Below, one piece after another: positions 14,241 through 28,175 of a DNA stretch of 64,000 nucleotides. The stretch lies in assembly GCA_951406725.2 (NCBI GenBank), contig OX597817.1, forward strand, positions 78,678,001 to 78,742,000. Direction: 5' to 3'. The DNA is from Octopus vulgaris (lineage: Eukaryota). Positions within the stretch are counted from its first letter, which is position 1. Each line of letters begins with the position of its first letter. The position numbers and the translations under genes are program-made. The notes beneath the pieces are model-generated. The model made no database searches, was not told where the DNA came from, and saw only the letters and a list, made by a program, of their open reading frames with translations.

Positions 14241-14484
14241 GGATCTAGGCAAAAAGGATTTGGATTTAAATGAGGAAAGCAAAATTATGGGATTTTTTTC
14301 TTAAATGTTATACATGAAAAGGAAAAACAAAATGTGTAAACAAAAATAAACAAACACAGAAATAAAAGAAATAACAAAATAAAATGATGAGAATCATAAT
14401 AAACATATCATTAATAAGTAGTAGTAGTAGTTGAAATTTGAAATAATAATCATGATAATAATAATAAACCAGTCGGTCACTCTC

Positions 14485-14695
14485 ATGTTTTGTCTTGGTA
14501 TAAAAGATGGGCTACAGCATATATTCTGCTCACTACCACAGATTTGCTTGTCGGTTGTTTGACCTTAACCAGTTGAGCCTGTCCCTTGGTGGCTGACGAA
14601 ATGTACATCTCTGATCATGAGCAGAAGTGGTGGGGGAGATGTGTAGTCATGATGAGTATACTGAGCTTCGTATATTTTACTCCAGTGTCACTCAA

Positions 14696-14697
<2 letters not shown>
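14485..14697 (+). mobile_element. Repeat family E, internally deleted
   Basis: Joins the ...gagcagaagtggtgggggag segment directly to gtagtcatgatg...ccagtgtcactcaata. Confidence 0.7.
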
Positions 14698-14791
<94 letters not shown>

Positions 14792-15063
14792 TAATAACAA
14801 TAATAATAATAACAATAATAATTCATTTAGTCTTTAATATTATAGAAAAGTCACTAGTACTACTGTTACTACTACTACCATTACTACTACTACCACCATT
14901 ACTACTACTAATACTACCACCACCACCACCACTACTACTGCTGCTGCTGCTACTGTTGCTATTACTATTACTACAAGTAATTTTATATTAATAATATATT
15001 AATTTTCAAAATTTTAAAATAATTTCTAACATAATAATAATATACTGGATATTTTTATTTTGG

Positions 15064-15099
<36 letters not shown>

Positions 15100-15914
15100 C
15101 AACGATGATGATAACGATAATGATGTGGATGACGTTGGTGAGGATAATGATGATGACGCCGCCGATCATGTTGATGATGATGAGCACTCCCATTATTATG
15201 ATTGTGAAGAATCCTTAGAATTATTACTGAAGTGAGAAAGAATATTTTGATGAAAATGATGATGATGATGATGGTGATGATGATTATGATGACGACGATG
15301 ATTATAATGAATGTATAGTATCAGAACCAGATGTCAGATGAGAAATATGAAAAAAAATGTATTTATATTTCATTTTCATGTTATTGTTGTTGTTGCTACT
15401 GTATTTTTAAAGATTATTTTTATTGCGCCTGTTCTCCCCTATTACTTTTTACAATTTAACCATTTCTTCAGGAATAAACTTTTAACAAAGTCTTGCACTA
15501 TAGAAATATTCCAAATTGAAAGTTTGAATTTCTGGCATAGACATTTACAAAAAGTAAAACATGATGTGTGTAATATATATATATATATATATATCTACAT
15601 ACACATATACATATGCATACATGTGTGTATATGTATATACATATATATATGTATGCATATATATAGATATCTATCTATATATGTATATATATATTTATAT
15701 AAATATGTATACATATTACACACACATATATATATATATATATATTTAGACATACATACATATATATACACACACACATCTACATACCTACATATATATA
15801 TTATATGTATGTATATGTCTGTGTGCATGTGTATGCATGTATTTTCACCATCAGCCTTTCTTGAATTTCCCATGCTGCCAAGGGTTGGAACTCATTATCC
15901 TTCTGAGTTACTGA

Positions 15915-16152
15915 TTTCTTATTTCTTGATTGCCCACAAGGGGCTAAACATAGAGAGGACAAACAAGGACAGAAAAAGGGATTAAGTCGATTACATCGAC
16001 CCCAGTGCATAACTGATACTTAATTTATCGACCCCAAAAGGATGAAAGGCAAAGTTGACCTCAGCGTAATTTGAACTCGGAACCTAGCAGAAGACGAAAT
16101 ACCGCTTAGCATTTTACCCGGCGTGCTAACGTTTCTGCCAGCTCGCCGCCTT
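15915..16152 (-). mobile_element. SINE family A, near full length
   Basis: High similarity to 1-203 and 33693-33920. Confidence 0.8.
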
Positions 16153-19100
16153 GCATTACTGATTTACTGATTTCTTACTTTTAATACTACTGCTGGATGT
16201 CCTTCTTGCAACAACCACCTTACAAATTATATTAGTCACATTTTATAATGGCACCAGCACTAGATTTTTTGCCCTGTCTTTGAGAAGACAAGACTAAAGT
16301 GTTTTCTCAACTTGAAATTTTCTCTGTGGTTTCTGCCACTAGTTCACTGAATATGCTATAGATGCATTTCATCATGATACAAACTCTTGAAAGTTTGACA
16401 CAGACTTGATAATACAAGTTTAAAGGGTACTCTACATCCTTTATTTTACACAATCAACACGATCCCTGTCTAGTGGGGTTACCATGTACACTTTAAGATA
16501 AAAGAGTCCTCCCTGCTAAATGTTGTCCTTGTTCTAAAAAACATGATGAAGTATGTAATTTCCAAAGCATTCACAGAAAGCAAGACTGGGTGGAGTAGAG
16601 AAAGGGACCTGAATATGAAGAAGGAAGCAAAATGGTTGAGGTACCAGTATAGAAATGAAGGTGGTAGATGAACTGGAATAGAGAGAGGGAAGAGGTCTAA
16701 GAATGAAGAGAGGGAAACTGAGTGATTGTGATGACAGTATGGAAAAGTTGGGAGTAAGGATGGCAGAGGGTAAAGAGATAGATAGATAGATAGATAGATA
16801 GAGATATAGATACATTGAGTGAGTGAGTGAGCGAGCTTGTAAGAGTGAGAGAGAGTGTGTGTGCTTGATAGTTATGAAAACAGGTTGGAGGTGGGAAAGT
16901 GTGATAGGTCTCAATAATGAGTGCCTTGAAGAGAAATAGATAGGCAACCAGAAGTTTAGAGGGAAACCATTTGTTAGTGAGGAAAATGCAAATGATCACT
17001 GATAAGAATAGTCATGGTAAGAGAGATGGGTCAATAAAGGAGTTTTAAAAGGAACAATACAAGAGGCTTATGAGCAGATCTAAAATTTTCCTCCACGAAA
17101 TGCATAGCGTAGCACAGCTACAAAAAGGGGGATAAGAGATTATTAGTGAGGATTTATTTGGGAGTATTTTTTTGATATATAATATATATTTGGTATAAGT
17201 GATTTAGTAGTTTTATGTTTTGTGGTGGTGTTTTGTATGTAGGTCAACACGGGTTTGTATTAAATAGTTAGAATTAGATTTATTTTAGATGTTTATTTAA
17301 TTAATAAATATAATTTATTAATGAATATTAATTACATTATAGTTTTTTAGATTGACTTAAGTATATTAAATTAGTGGTTAGAAAATTGAGACCGATTGAA
17401 TAAGTACTGTGTTTATATAGAATGGGTCAAGGGGTTGATTTGTTTGAATAAAGGCGGGGCTCCAGCATAACCATATTTATATGACTGAAACAAGTAAATT
17501 AGTATAAGGGTAATAGAGAATATAAAGTAAATTGTAGCTATATAAATTAGTTTAAGTATCTTGTGAATTTTAGTATATTTGTGTTTTATGTGTTTTCGTA
17601 GTAATTTTAAAATTTTGAAGTTTCTAGTGAATGATATCTTACAGTTTTTGTGATTTTATTCTCTTTTTGTAAAAGCTAAAATATATTTTGTAGTTTTCAT
17701 TGATAATATGCATATTTCTATCTGTTTGTTCTGTTTGTTTAAGCCATGTCTTCACGAGTAAATTTATAAATGCTAAGTAATACGTTTTTCCTTTTGAAAT
17801 TTTATAGTTCGTAATATATCTTCGGAAAGATAAGTATACAATTTATTTAAGAAATAATAATGTAATCTATATTACATTATTGATTGATAAATATGGATTT
17901 CTATTTTTTTTTATTTGTTAGTGATAATTTAGATACGTACATTTATTTAATTATTCTTATTGTTATAATTATTATATGTGAACTAAAATTGAAAAGTATT
18001 ACTTTGGTTACTTTGTAAATTAGATTGTAAAATATTTCAGTATAGGTAAAGTTTTTTGTATTTAGTACTATTGAATTTAATAATAATAATAATAAGTACT
18101 TTTTTCGGAAATAATTTTATAAACGATAAGTAATACATTTTTAGTTTTGGAATTTTTTATTTTTTATTTTTTATTTCATAAGTATTTTTGGAATGATAAG
18201 TATAGTATCTATTTAAGAAATAATGGAGTAATTTATTTATTTATGTTTATTGATTGAAAAAATATGGATTTCTAATTGCTATATTTGTTAATTATAATTT
18301 AGATATGTACATTTATTTCATTTTATTATTTTATAATTATTATATGTGAACTATAATCTAAAAGCATTAAGTGTGATTGTTTTGTAAAATAGTTTGTAAC
18401 GTAAAATACTAGAGTATAACCAGTGAAAAGATATTCTATAGCTTGTTAATGTTATTCTGAAAGCTAAAATATATCTTCGCATATAAATGCATTTTTCTAT
18501 CTATTTACTCTATTTTTTTAGCTTAGGTTTTTAATATGATAAATGTATTATAGACACCTGGTCCTACTTTTTAAGTTTCAAATTTAGTTAACGGAATTTC
18601 TTCTATAAGAACAATCATGATTTTATTTCTTTAAGAAATATTGTTAATTCTATTTGATTATCTATTTAACTATTATTGTTATTATTATTTTTGACCTGAG
18701 AAGTGACTATACTTTTAAATTGAATTGTTTTTTGATTAAATTTAAATTTAATTGTAATTCGAATTGAAGTTATAGTCATGAAACGTATGTAGTCTTTTTA
18801 CTTATTATATATTGTTTATTCATTTTTTGTACTTTTTGTGATCTAGTTATATGTTTTGTAATATATTTTATTTTTTCTTTATGATTTGGTTTATGTCTAT
18901 CATTGTTTGAATTACATAATAGTGGTTTTCCTCTAATTTATATATGTATACAAGGAGAATTCACAAAAAAAACAAAAGATGAAAACATGGTGTAGACAAC
19001 AAACAGATGTATAAGTTTAACACTCGGGAAGTGAAAAGTCTCTAACGTTTCGAGCCTATGCTCTTCCAAAGAAAGGAACACAGAAAAAATGAGGAGAAAT

Positions 19101-19501
19101 ATATATAAGTTGGATGGCAGAAGAGAGTACACAGTGGTGGTTTGAGGTTTGAAAGCCACAGAATGAAGCATGAGAAGATGAGGAGAGGACTTAGAAGGAA
19201 TGAACATGTGGAGAATGAGGGAATGTTGTTTTTTGTGTGGTTTGTGGGAGGAGGTGCTTGAGTTGTGTGGGCCTGGTTAGCCATCAGAGAACTCACAGGA
19301 ATCTTTCTTCTCTTAGACCTACACATGTTTCAGTGGTTTGCAGCAGTGTGCCGCAGTTTGCAGTTGAAATGTGTGCATAGGTCTAAGAAAAGAAAGATGT
19401 AAATAACTGTATAATAAAATTGGATGTGTAAATCTCTGTACTCCTGATCTTCATGAATCTCACTATATACATATATATATGTGTGTGTGTGTGTGTTGGT
19501 G

Positions 19502-19945
19502 TCATCATCATCATTGTTTAACGTCCACTTTCCATACTAGCATGGGCTGGACGATTTAACTGAGGACTGGCGAACCAGATGGCTGCACCAGGCTCCAACA
19601 TGATCTGGCAGAGTTTCTACAGCTGGATGCCCTTCCTAACACCAACCACTCAGAGAGTGTAGTGGGTGCTTTTATGTGCCACCAGCACAAGAGGGCCAGT
19701 CAGGTGGTGCTGACAACGACCACGCTCAAATGGTGTTTTTTACATGCCACCTGCACAGGAGCCAGTCCAGCGGTACTGGCAATGACCTCACTCAAATGTT
19801 TTTTCAAGTGCCAGTAAGGCGACACTGGTAATGATCACACTTGAATGGTGCTTTTTACACACCAGTGACCCGGAAGCTGCTCTGGCAATGATCACTCTCA
19901 GATGGTGCTCTTAGAGCTCCACTAGCATGGATGCCAGTCATTGAA
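19502..19945 (-). mobile_element. Repeat family F: (GAT)n-tailed retroposon with internal ~60-bp tandem units
   Basis: Second copy at 55997-56385; unit atggtgcttttac.tgccac...gagccagtc recurs. Confidence 0.72.
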
Positions 19946-19962
19946 TTTGATTTCAATTTCAA

Positions 19963-20001
<39 letters not shown>

Positions 20002-20419
20002 GTAAGATTCAAGGATCAAGGTGTAGGAAGAAGGTTAGCTTCAAGCAAACTGTAGAAAATATAAAAAACAACTTTTAAGAACAAGAGTGGTTTATTGAGG
20101 CAGAAGGTTGTGGATATTTTCCTGTATCACAGTATGGTAGGCTGAAAAAAATGTTTTTTGTTTCATGGTAGGCAGGCAGATTAAAGAGTTAAAGAATAGA
20201 GCAGATGATATTTGAGCTACATATGTATCATAGCAAGCGGAACCTCAGAAGTAGTAAATTTACAAGTGAAGTGTATATTGCAGGCTGCACTTCAAGCCAA
20301 GGGTATCTTGATTAAATGAAGTTTACATTGTCATAAGGAGGCATATCGACACACAGACAATTCATGTGTCGATGTACCTCCTTATGACAATGTAAACATC
20401 ATTTAATCAAGATACCTTT

Positions 20420-20503
20420 GGCCTGATGAGTATCCTATGGTATACACCTCCCTTAGACATTTATTACTTCTGAGGTTCTACTCACTATGAAACATATGTA
20501 GCC
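20420..20503 (+). ncRNA. Hammerhead motif with long stem-II insert
   Basis: GGC-CTGATGA-GTA...TAT (59 nt)-GAAA-C ATAT G-TA-GCC. Confidence 0.65.
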
Positions 20504-20539
20504 TGGATATTATCTACTCTATTCTTTAACTCTTCTATG

Positions 20540-20597
<58 letters not shown>

Positions 20598-20606
20598 CAT
20601 ATATAT

Positions 20607-20647
<41 letters not shown>

Positions 20648-20949
20648 CATACACACACACATATATATATATATATACATACACACATGTATTTATATAT
20701 ATATATATATAAATTAAATTAGAGATAAAACCAGGCAAATCAAACAGTGAAAAACATAAACCAAAACATAAAAATAAAAATAATTAATATAATTTACAAA
20801 ATATATGATATATAAAATTTAAAATTTAAATTATCTAAATTTAAAATTATTAATTTATATTTATATCTATATATTTTTTTATATAATTATATAAAAACTA
20901 TCAAAAAGTATTAAAAAGTTATATATATATATATACATGTATCTATGCT

Positions 20950-21272
20950 GAGACCCCCTTCGGTCATGACTGACTATGGGATTGCACATAGAAATTACCC
21001 CTCCAACTCTGGGCAAGGTTGTTTATGGAAGACCAGCAGTTGCCCATGCATACCAGCCTCCCCTCTCTCCACCTCCAGTGTTATCCAAGGGAAAGCCAAA
21101 GGCTGATACAGCTTGGCACTAGTGATGTTGCAACTCATTACTACAGTTGAGTGAACTGGAGCAACATGAAATAAAGTTTCTTGCTCAAGAACACAACACA
21201 CAGCCCGGTCTGGGATTTGAACTCACAACCTCACGATCATAAGCTCGATGCTGTAACCAGTGAGCCATGTAC
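20950..21272 (-). mobile_element. SINE family D, long tail
   Basis: Reverse complement of 30801-31143. Confidence 0.72.
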
Positions 21273-23107
21273 CTTTACATCTATCTATCTATATACATAC
21301 ACACATATATATATATATATATATATATTTATCCCAACTTCATTCACTACCTAAATTTTATTGTGCTTTTTGCTTTGATTGCACAAGTGGTAAGGTTTTC
21401 TTAGAACATGTCACTAAGCGTTGTGACCCTTTGTTATCTCTTTTAAGGGTTGCAACATCTTGAGATTAGTCTTTATCACTTTGTTCCAAAGCCTCCATTT
21501 ATTTTGAATGAGTGGCACATCTTTATACGACTGCCATCCTCCTGAATCTCTCAACAAATCATTAATATTCTCAATCAACATGAGACCACTAAAAAAAACC
21601 TCCAATAGTACAATGCCTCAAACCAAAACCTCAGAAATAAAATATTTCCATACTCAACTATTAATGATAATGTACAACATCTACATGTCAGCACAGCGTT
21701 TCCCTCTTTCGAACTCATGAGGACTTGTCTCATGCAAGAACCATATAAATTTCAAGAATGCCATAGCACGTTATTCTTTTTTTTATCAAGGTTGATAAAT
21801 GAATGCCTGTGTTTATAAAATCGATTTTTTAATGTCAATTCAGTTACTCTGATATTCATTTCTGGTTTATCTCTGTTGTTCATTTCTTCTTTGGGATCCT
21901 CTATTGGTTACTCTTCACTAGTAGGCAATTTTAACGAATCCTACAGTTGCATAATTGTTAAAGGCTAGGTGTTTGCCTATCTGTTTCATTCATCTTTGCA
22001 ACATTACAACCTCTGATATAACAACTGAAATTCTCAACAGCTGAATAACTAACGTTACCACAGCTCATCATCGTCATCATCATAATTTTTCTCGCTTTTT
22101 CTATTCAATATTTTACTATATATATGCTATTGTGGGAAATGTTAATGCATTAGAATAAGGAACTCCCTAGCTTTATTAGCTCTTACTGCTAGATTAAATA
22201 CTAGGTTGTACCACAAAATATTCCCATTCCAATTCTTATTCTTATGTAATGCATCTCAATGTTTTTATGTTTTTACTCTTTTCAGAGATCCTACTATTTC
22301 TTAACACTTCATTCAAATAACCTGCTACACCCATAAATGTCTATTCATCAGAAGGTACTGAAATTGTTGGTTAAGTTACTCAAGATGCTAGGTGGCTGAT
22401 TCAATTACTTATTGTACATACACTAATTTCTCATTTGCTCTGTGATATGGTTTGAAACTATTATGCTGTGTCTACAAAATTCATATCTACGGTAATCTTA
22501 AATTTTATTTCTTGAAATACTTTAACACCATATTTTGTTATATTTGGGAGGGTCTTTATACCAATGGGAAACATGCACTGGTTCCATTTTACTTCTTTTA
22601 TAATAATTAGTTAGCTAATTAACTTTTTAACCAATTAAGTAGATAAATGACTTCATTGATGAGATCACAAATGAAGATGAAAGGACTCTGATGAACTTAG
22701 CTGACTGACTGAGTGATTACTCAAACCATCTATGATTTAATTGTTTAATAGTTAACTAATTAACTAATTATATTGAAAGAAGAAGTGAAATAGAACCAAT
22801 ACTGTGTTTTGTATTGGTATAATGACCCTCCCAAGATACAAAAAAAAAATCTGCTTCAACTCAGTTTAGCTGCAAGAATCTTGCAAACCTAATATATAAA
22901 AATGTGATACTTTAATCATATTTTTCCCATAATGCTAACTTATGATCATTCCAGTTTCTTGATAGAATCAGACCTCCATCACGATATAAAGCAGCTATAC
23001 TTATGAGGTGTAAGTAAACCTGATGCAATGGCAAAAGTCACCTGCATATGGTGTGGGAAGAAATAACGTAATGCAAAGTGAATTTCTTAACCACAGGACG
23101 ATACCTT

Positions 23108-23158
<51 letters not shown>

Positions 23159-23189
23159 GTGTGTGTATGTGTCTGTATAAACATGTGTG

Positions 23190-23235
<46 letters not shown>

Positions 23236-23824
23236 TAAGTAGATTGATAGATAGATAGATAGATAGATAGATAAATCCATATCAAAATATATACTTGCCT
23301 GTAAAATTATACACATTTACCCACACATTTTTATAAATGATATATATATATATGTGTATATATGTATATATGTATGCTTGTGTGTGTGTGTGTATGAATA
23401 GATAGAAAAACAGATAGATAGATAAATAAATCCATCTAAAATATATACTTACATGTTAAATTATATAGATACATTTACTCACACATTTTTTATAAATGAT
23501 TAAATTGTCCTCTATTATCATTGAAATATAATATTTTCACCTATCATGTCTAAAACAGAGATTTAAAGCTAGAAATATTTTTCTGCTTTTCTCTATTATT
23601 TTTCTTTATATTTTTTCAGTAAGAGTGGGTGAGGGGAGAGAAGGCTGTAATTGCCACCTCTGCATTATATTCTTCCTGCTCACCCATAACCCTCCAACTA
23701 TTGCTCAATATTGCTATCTTCATATCCTCGTACATCCAAGTTATAAATATAAGAGATATTTTCATTTAAATTTCTCTCAAAAGAAATTTGTCTGTATTCT
23801 ATCTGTCTGACTGTTTATCTAGCA

Positions 23825-23901
<77 letters not shown>

Positions 23902-24055
23902 GCCATCTATCCATCTATCTATCTATTTATCATTACTAGTTATATTTTTATTCTGTTTTACTAATACCTACATTGTGAGTTACCTTTGCTTCAGTTACAT
24001 AAATAGAAAAAATATGTCAGCATATGCTCACTCGCATAGTATGTGTGTGTATATA

Positions 24056-24110
<55 letters not shown>

Positions 24111-24123
24111 GTATGTATATGTC

Positions 24124-24161
<38 letters not shown>

Positions 24162-24334
24162 TATACATATACATACATACATACATACATGCATATATAT
24201 ATGTATACATATATATAAATTGATAGACAAACAGACTGACAGACAGATAGATAGACAGAGATATAAATGTGGATATACAAATGCATACATTGATAGACAG
24301 ATATATATATATAAAATACATATTTACTATGAAA

Positions 24335-24381
<47 letters not shown>

Positions 24382-24987
24382 AATGTATATATATATATAT
24401 GTAAGCATATATGTATATATATGTGTGTATGTTTGTGTGTGTATATATATATATATATACACATACACGCATACAAATATGTATATACATGCACCCACAT
24501 ACTCACAACACGTATATTTATATATATATTTATATGTATGTATAAGTTTTCTTTTTACCAACTTTAAGGTTAAATTTTTTGTCTTTTTCTTTTGCAATTC
24601 ATTATAATCTTCATTTTATTATTTACTTTACCCTTAGAAAATGCTAAAAGTTCTAAAATGAAAATTTAAAGAAAAAAATTAAATGCTGCTATTCATATCT
24701 TCTTTTCTTTACCTATTTATTTATTACACATTTTTATTACCATTTTCAATATTATCAGTATTAGAATTGGATAAACACATTTTTTGTTTTAGTTTTTTGT
24801 TGTATGATTGAAATTCATATAAAGATTCTGAAACTCATTTTTGGGAGAAATTATTCGTTTTTTAACCTTGTTCTTCCTCTCTGTTTGTGATAAATGTATG
24901 AGTGTGGGAGTCCTCATACGTTAAATGCACATAATCACATTTATTTATAAATGTTTGTACATATATATATATATATGTATATATATG

Positions 24988-25019
<32 letters not shown>

Positions 25020-25089
25020 CTCCATTCTATATATATATATATATACACATACGTATACATATATGCCTGTGTATATAAATATAGTTACA

Positions 25090-25456
25090 CCAGACCACGA
25101 GCAGGACGTCACTGTGCTGTCCCCATTGTGCTGACTGCTTCATCTCGGGCAAGGACGATGTACTGCAATAGCTTGGGTTTCAAGGGCCCACAGCTGTTTA
25201 ACTGTCTGCCGAAGTATCTGAGGAGCCTCCATGGAGTGGATGTAGACGTTTTCAAATGTGGACTTGACCTCTGGCTCGCCAAGATCTCGGATGAGCCAAT
25301 ATCTAAGCAAGAAACTCAAAAGAGGGCACTAGCATCGAACTCCATCCTTCACCAGAAGCTGCTCTGACAAGGTTGGAAAGTGGAAAGATGATTACAATGG
25401 CGGTGCTCCAGCATGGCCACAGTCATTGGACTGAAACATATAAGAGAATAAGAGAT
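25090..25456 (+). mobile_element. 5'-truncated CR1-group LINE 3' end
   Basis: NSLGFKGPQLFNCLPKYLR...VFKCGLDLWLAKISDEP C-terminus, short 3' UTR and (ATAAGAGA)-type tail. Confidence 0.8.
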
Positions 25457-25680
25457 TATATATTTGTGTGTTATATGTATTTGTATATGTACAGGTATGT
25501 ATTGTGAGGCATGTGTATGTTTGCACCTGTACGTGCATATGTCTTCCCTGTGTCTATTCTAAATCGTTGATTAATTTCTTTGATAACCTCTTACCCTTCT
25601 AATATTCATATCACTCACCCTTCTATCTCTTGTCTCTTAATTCATACATCTCTATCATTAATCTAGGTCTAATATTTCAC

Positions 25681-25988
25681 CATCACCATGACCGACCAAG
25701 CTATCAGATGTTGCTACACATCGCTGGTCCCAATGCACTTCACATTGTTTTAGCCTTCAAATGATGCCACCCCACTGGTTAAGCGAGCAGGCCAACAGAA
25801 GAAAGCGTGAGAGAAAGTTGTGGCAAAAGAGTACAGCAGGGATCGCCCCCCCCCCCCCCTGCCAGAGCCTCGTGGAGCTTTAGGTGTTTTCCTTCAATAA
25901 ACACTCACAACGCCTGGTCTGGGAATTGAAACCGCAATCCTACAACTGTGAGTCCGCTGCCCTAACCACTGGTCCATTGCAGCTCCAG
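25681..25988 (-). mobile_element. SINE family C with alternative tail
   Basis: Head is the reverse complement of 1709-1890; the 3' part differs. Confidence 0.75.
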
Positions 25989-26254
25989 GTCTAATATCTA
26001 TCCCCACTTAAACATGAATGTTCTGTTAGAACAAACTATACTGTAGTAGTTACCTTGAGAGAAACCCTCATATTGGCTTTTGATTCAAAATAGACTCTTT
26101 TTTTATATCACAAGTGGGGAGAAAAACCCATACCATCTCCAACACCAAAGCCATCAGATTAAACCAGATCTTCCTTGATCGTTTCAATGATGATCACTCA
26201 ATCACTAGAGATAGCAGTGATTCATCTCCTTGCTAGCAATAATATTGAAATTAA

Positions 26255-26452
26255 TTTCAAATTTTGGCACAAGGCCAGCAACTTTGGGGCAGGAGTAGGT
26301 CGATTGCATCAACCCCAGTGCTCAACTGGTACTTATTTTATCGACCCCCGAAAGGATGAAAAGCAAAGTTGACCTCAGTGGAATTTGAACTCAGAGCATG
26401 AAGACAGGCATAATGCCGCTAAGTATTTTTCACGGCAGACTAAGGATTCTGC
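26255..26452 (-). mobile_element. SINE family A, diverged
   Basis: Contains atcgacccccgaaaggatgaaaagcaaagttgacctc...atttgaactcag. Confidence 0.7.
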
Positions 26453-27889
26453 CCTAGCAATAATACTAATATTGTCTCTATCACTACATCATTCATTTGT
26501 CATTCATATCCTTTCAACCTTCGCCTTCATCTTTCTTAATCTTGCTCCATGTATCCCTGCCTTTAGTATTCTCCTCTCACTCAATCACTCGCTACCTCAA
26601 TCCTTCTATATTTTGCTTATTCATATGACTAATGACTAATGGTTTTTGCCTCTTCTATTCGTCATACACTGCACTCTCTTCTTGCTTTTGAGCTCTTATC
26701 CAGTTTGGCAATACTCATTGCTTATCTTCCTCTTCTCAGCAACTGCTATACTATGTTTCAATGTTCTATTCCCCACACATAGCATTCTTTCGCCCATACC
26801 CATTGCCGTTGCAATTCTCTAACTCTCACTGTGCTCTGTTCCGATGTGACTTACAATGGAAGTGGATTTCTTCTGTTCTTTGTACATTACTTCTAATCAG
26901 GATGACACTACACCAATTCTTTCTCTCTATCCATCACTCATTTATGCCGCTCTTTGATACAAGATCTTCCTATTTTTTGTTCATCATGCCACCACTCTTA
27001 TCGTTCAGCATCAGCACCCATCTCCTCACCTATGGTGGCTACATTATTTACTTGTACCCAGCTCTCTCCATCTCCACTGTCTCCTACTGTGCTGGCTGTC
27101 ATCACCTCATATTACTGTCTGCCTGTAGCCTGTATACACTTGTATTTTTTCTCCCAGGATTCCATCATCTTTCTAGCATCACTCTACCTCCTGGATCACA
27201 AAGTCTTCTGTGATCACAAAACCTACTGTCTGCTCCCTGCTATCTCAGTATTATTGTTTTGAATAGTCATACCACATTATGTCAAGACAAAACGGGGCAA
27301 ACATTCACAAACTCACACACAGACACAGAAACACAGACACAGACACACACACACAAACTTATATATTATAAACACACATGACGAGCTTCTTTCAGTTTCC
27401 ATCTAACAAGTTTTACATGTGTGGAGTGCTACCATTGGGAGTGCCAAGCCTGATATTGATTCTTTAGGCTTCAGTCCAGGGGAAGCTCCTTGGTGGTGTT
27501 GCAATGCTAATATTCAGAATGTGTTTGACTGCATTAACAAAGGGCATGATCAGAAGATTTCATTCCTGCAGCTAAGGTAGGTGTCTATGCCTAGAGAGTT
27601 CTTTAATATTAAGCTTTGCTCAGCCAGGCAAAATCAACATCTGCTACTCCTGTTAAAGTAAAGCTCACATTTTTCCAGTAACCTTCATTTGATGTGATGT
27701 AAGGCAGGTAATGTTCAACTCATGGCTGCTATTGTAGAAAACACTTGCCGAAGGTGTCACACAATGCAACTAAGCATTAAATAACTCAGTTGGAAAGGAA
27801 GCGTCATAACTATGCACACCCATGCCTACAGCTATCACATTTACAAATGCCCACACACATAGATACACATATACACACACAGACATATA

Positions 27890-27939
<50 letters not shown>

Positions 27940-27957
27940 CATATATATGTGTATATT

Positions 27958-27989
<32 letters not shown>

Positions 27990-28021
27990 CATATATATAT
28001 ATGTATGTATATGTGTATATG

Positions 28022-28054
<33 letters not shown>

Positions 28055-28129
28055 AGATATATATATGCGCATCACGATGTCATGCTGCTACTGTTTATAT
28101 CTCGCTCAGAGATTTATTATTGCATATTG

Positions 28130-28174
<45 letters not shown>

Positions 28175-28175
<1 letters not shown>

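Noticed and set aside
19680-19930. ~60-bp periodic repeats superficially like a CRISPR array
   Set aside because: The whole unit is repeated with no unique spacers, the context is eukaryotic, and it is part of dispersed family F.
22287-22355. Plus-strand AG...GT candidate exon (similar case at 7526-7618)
   Set aside because: Stops in all frames and weak donors.
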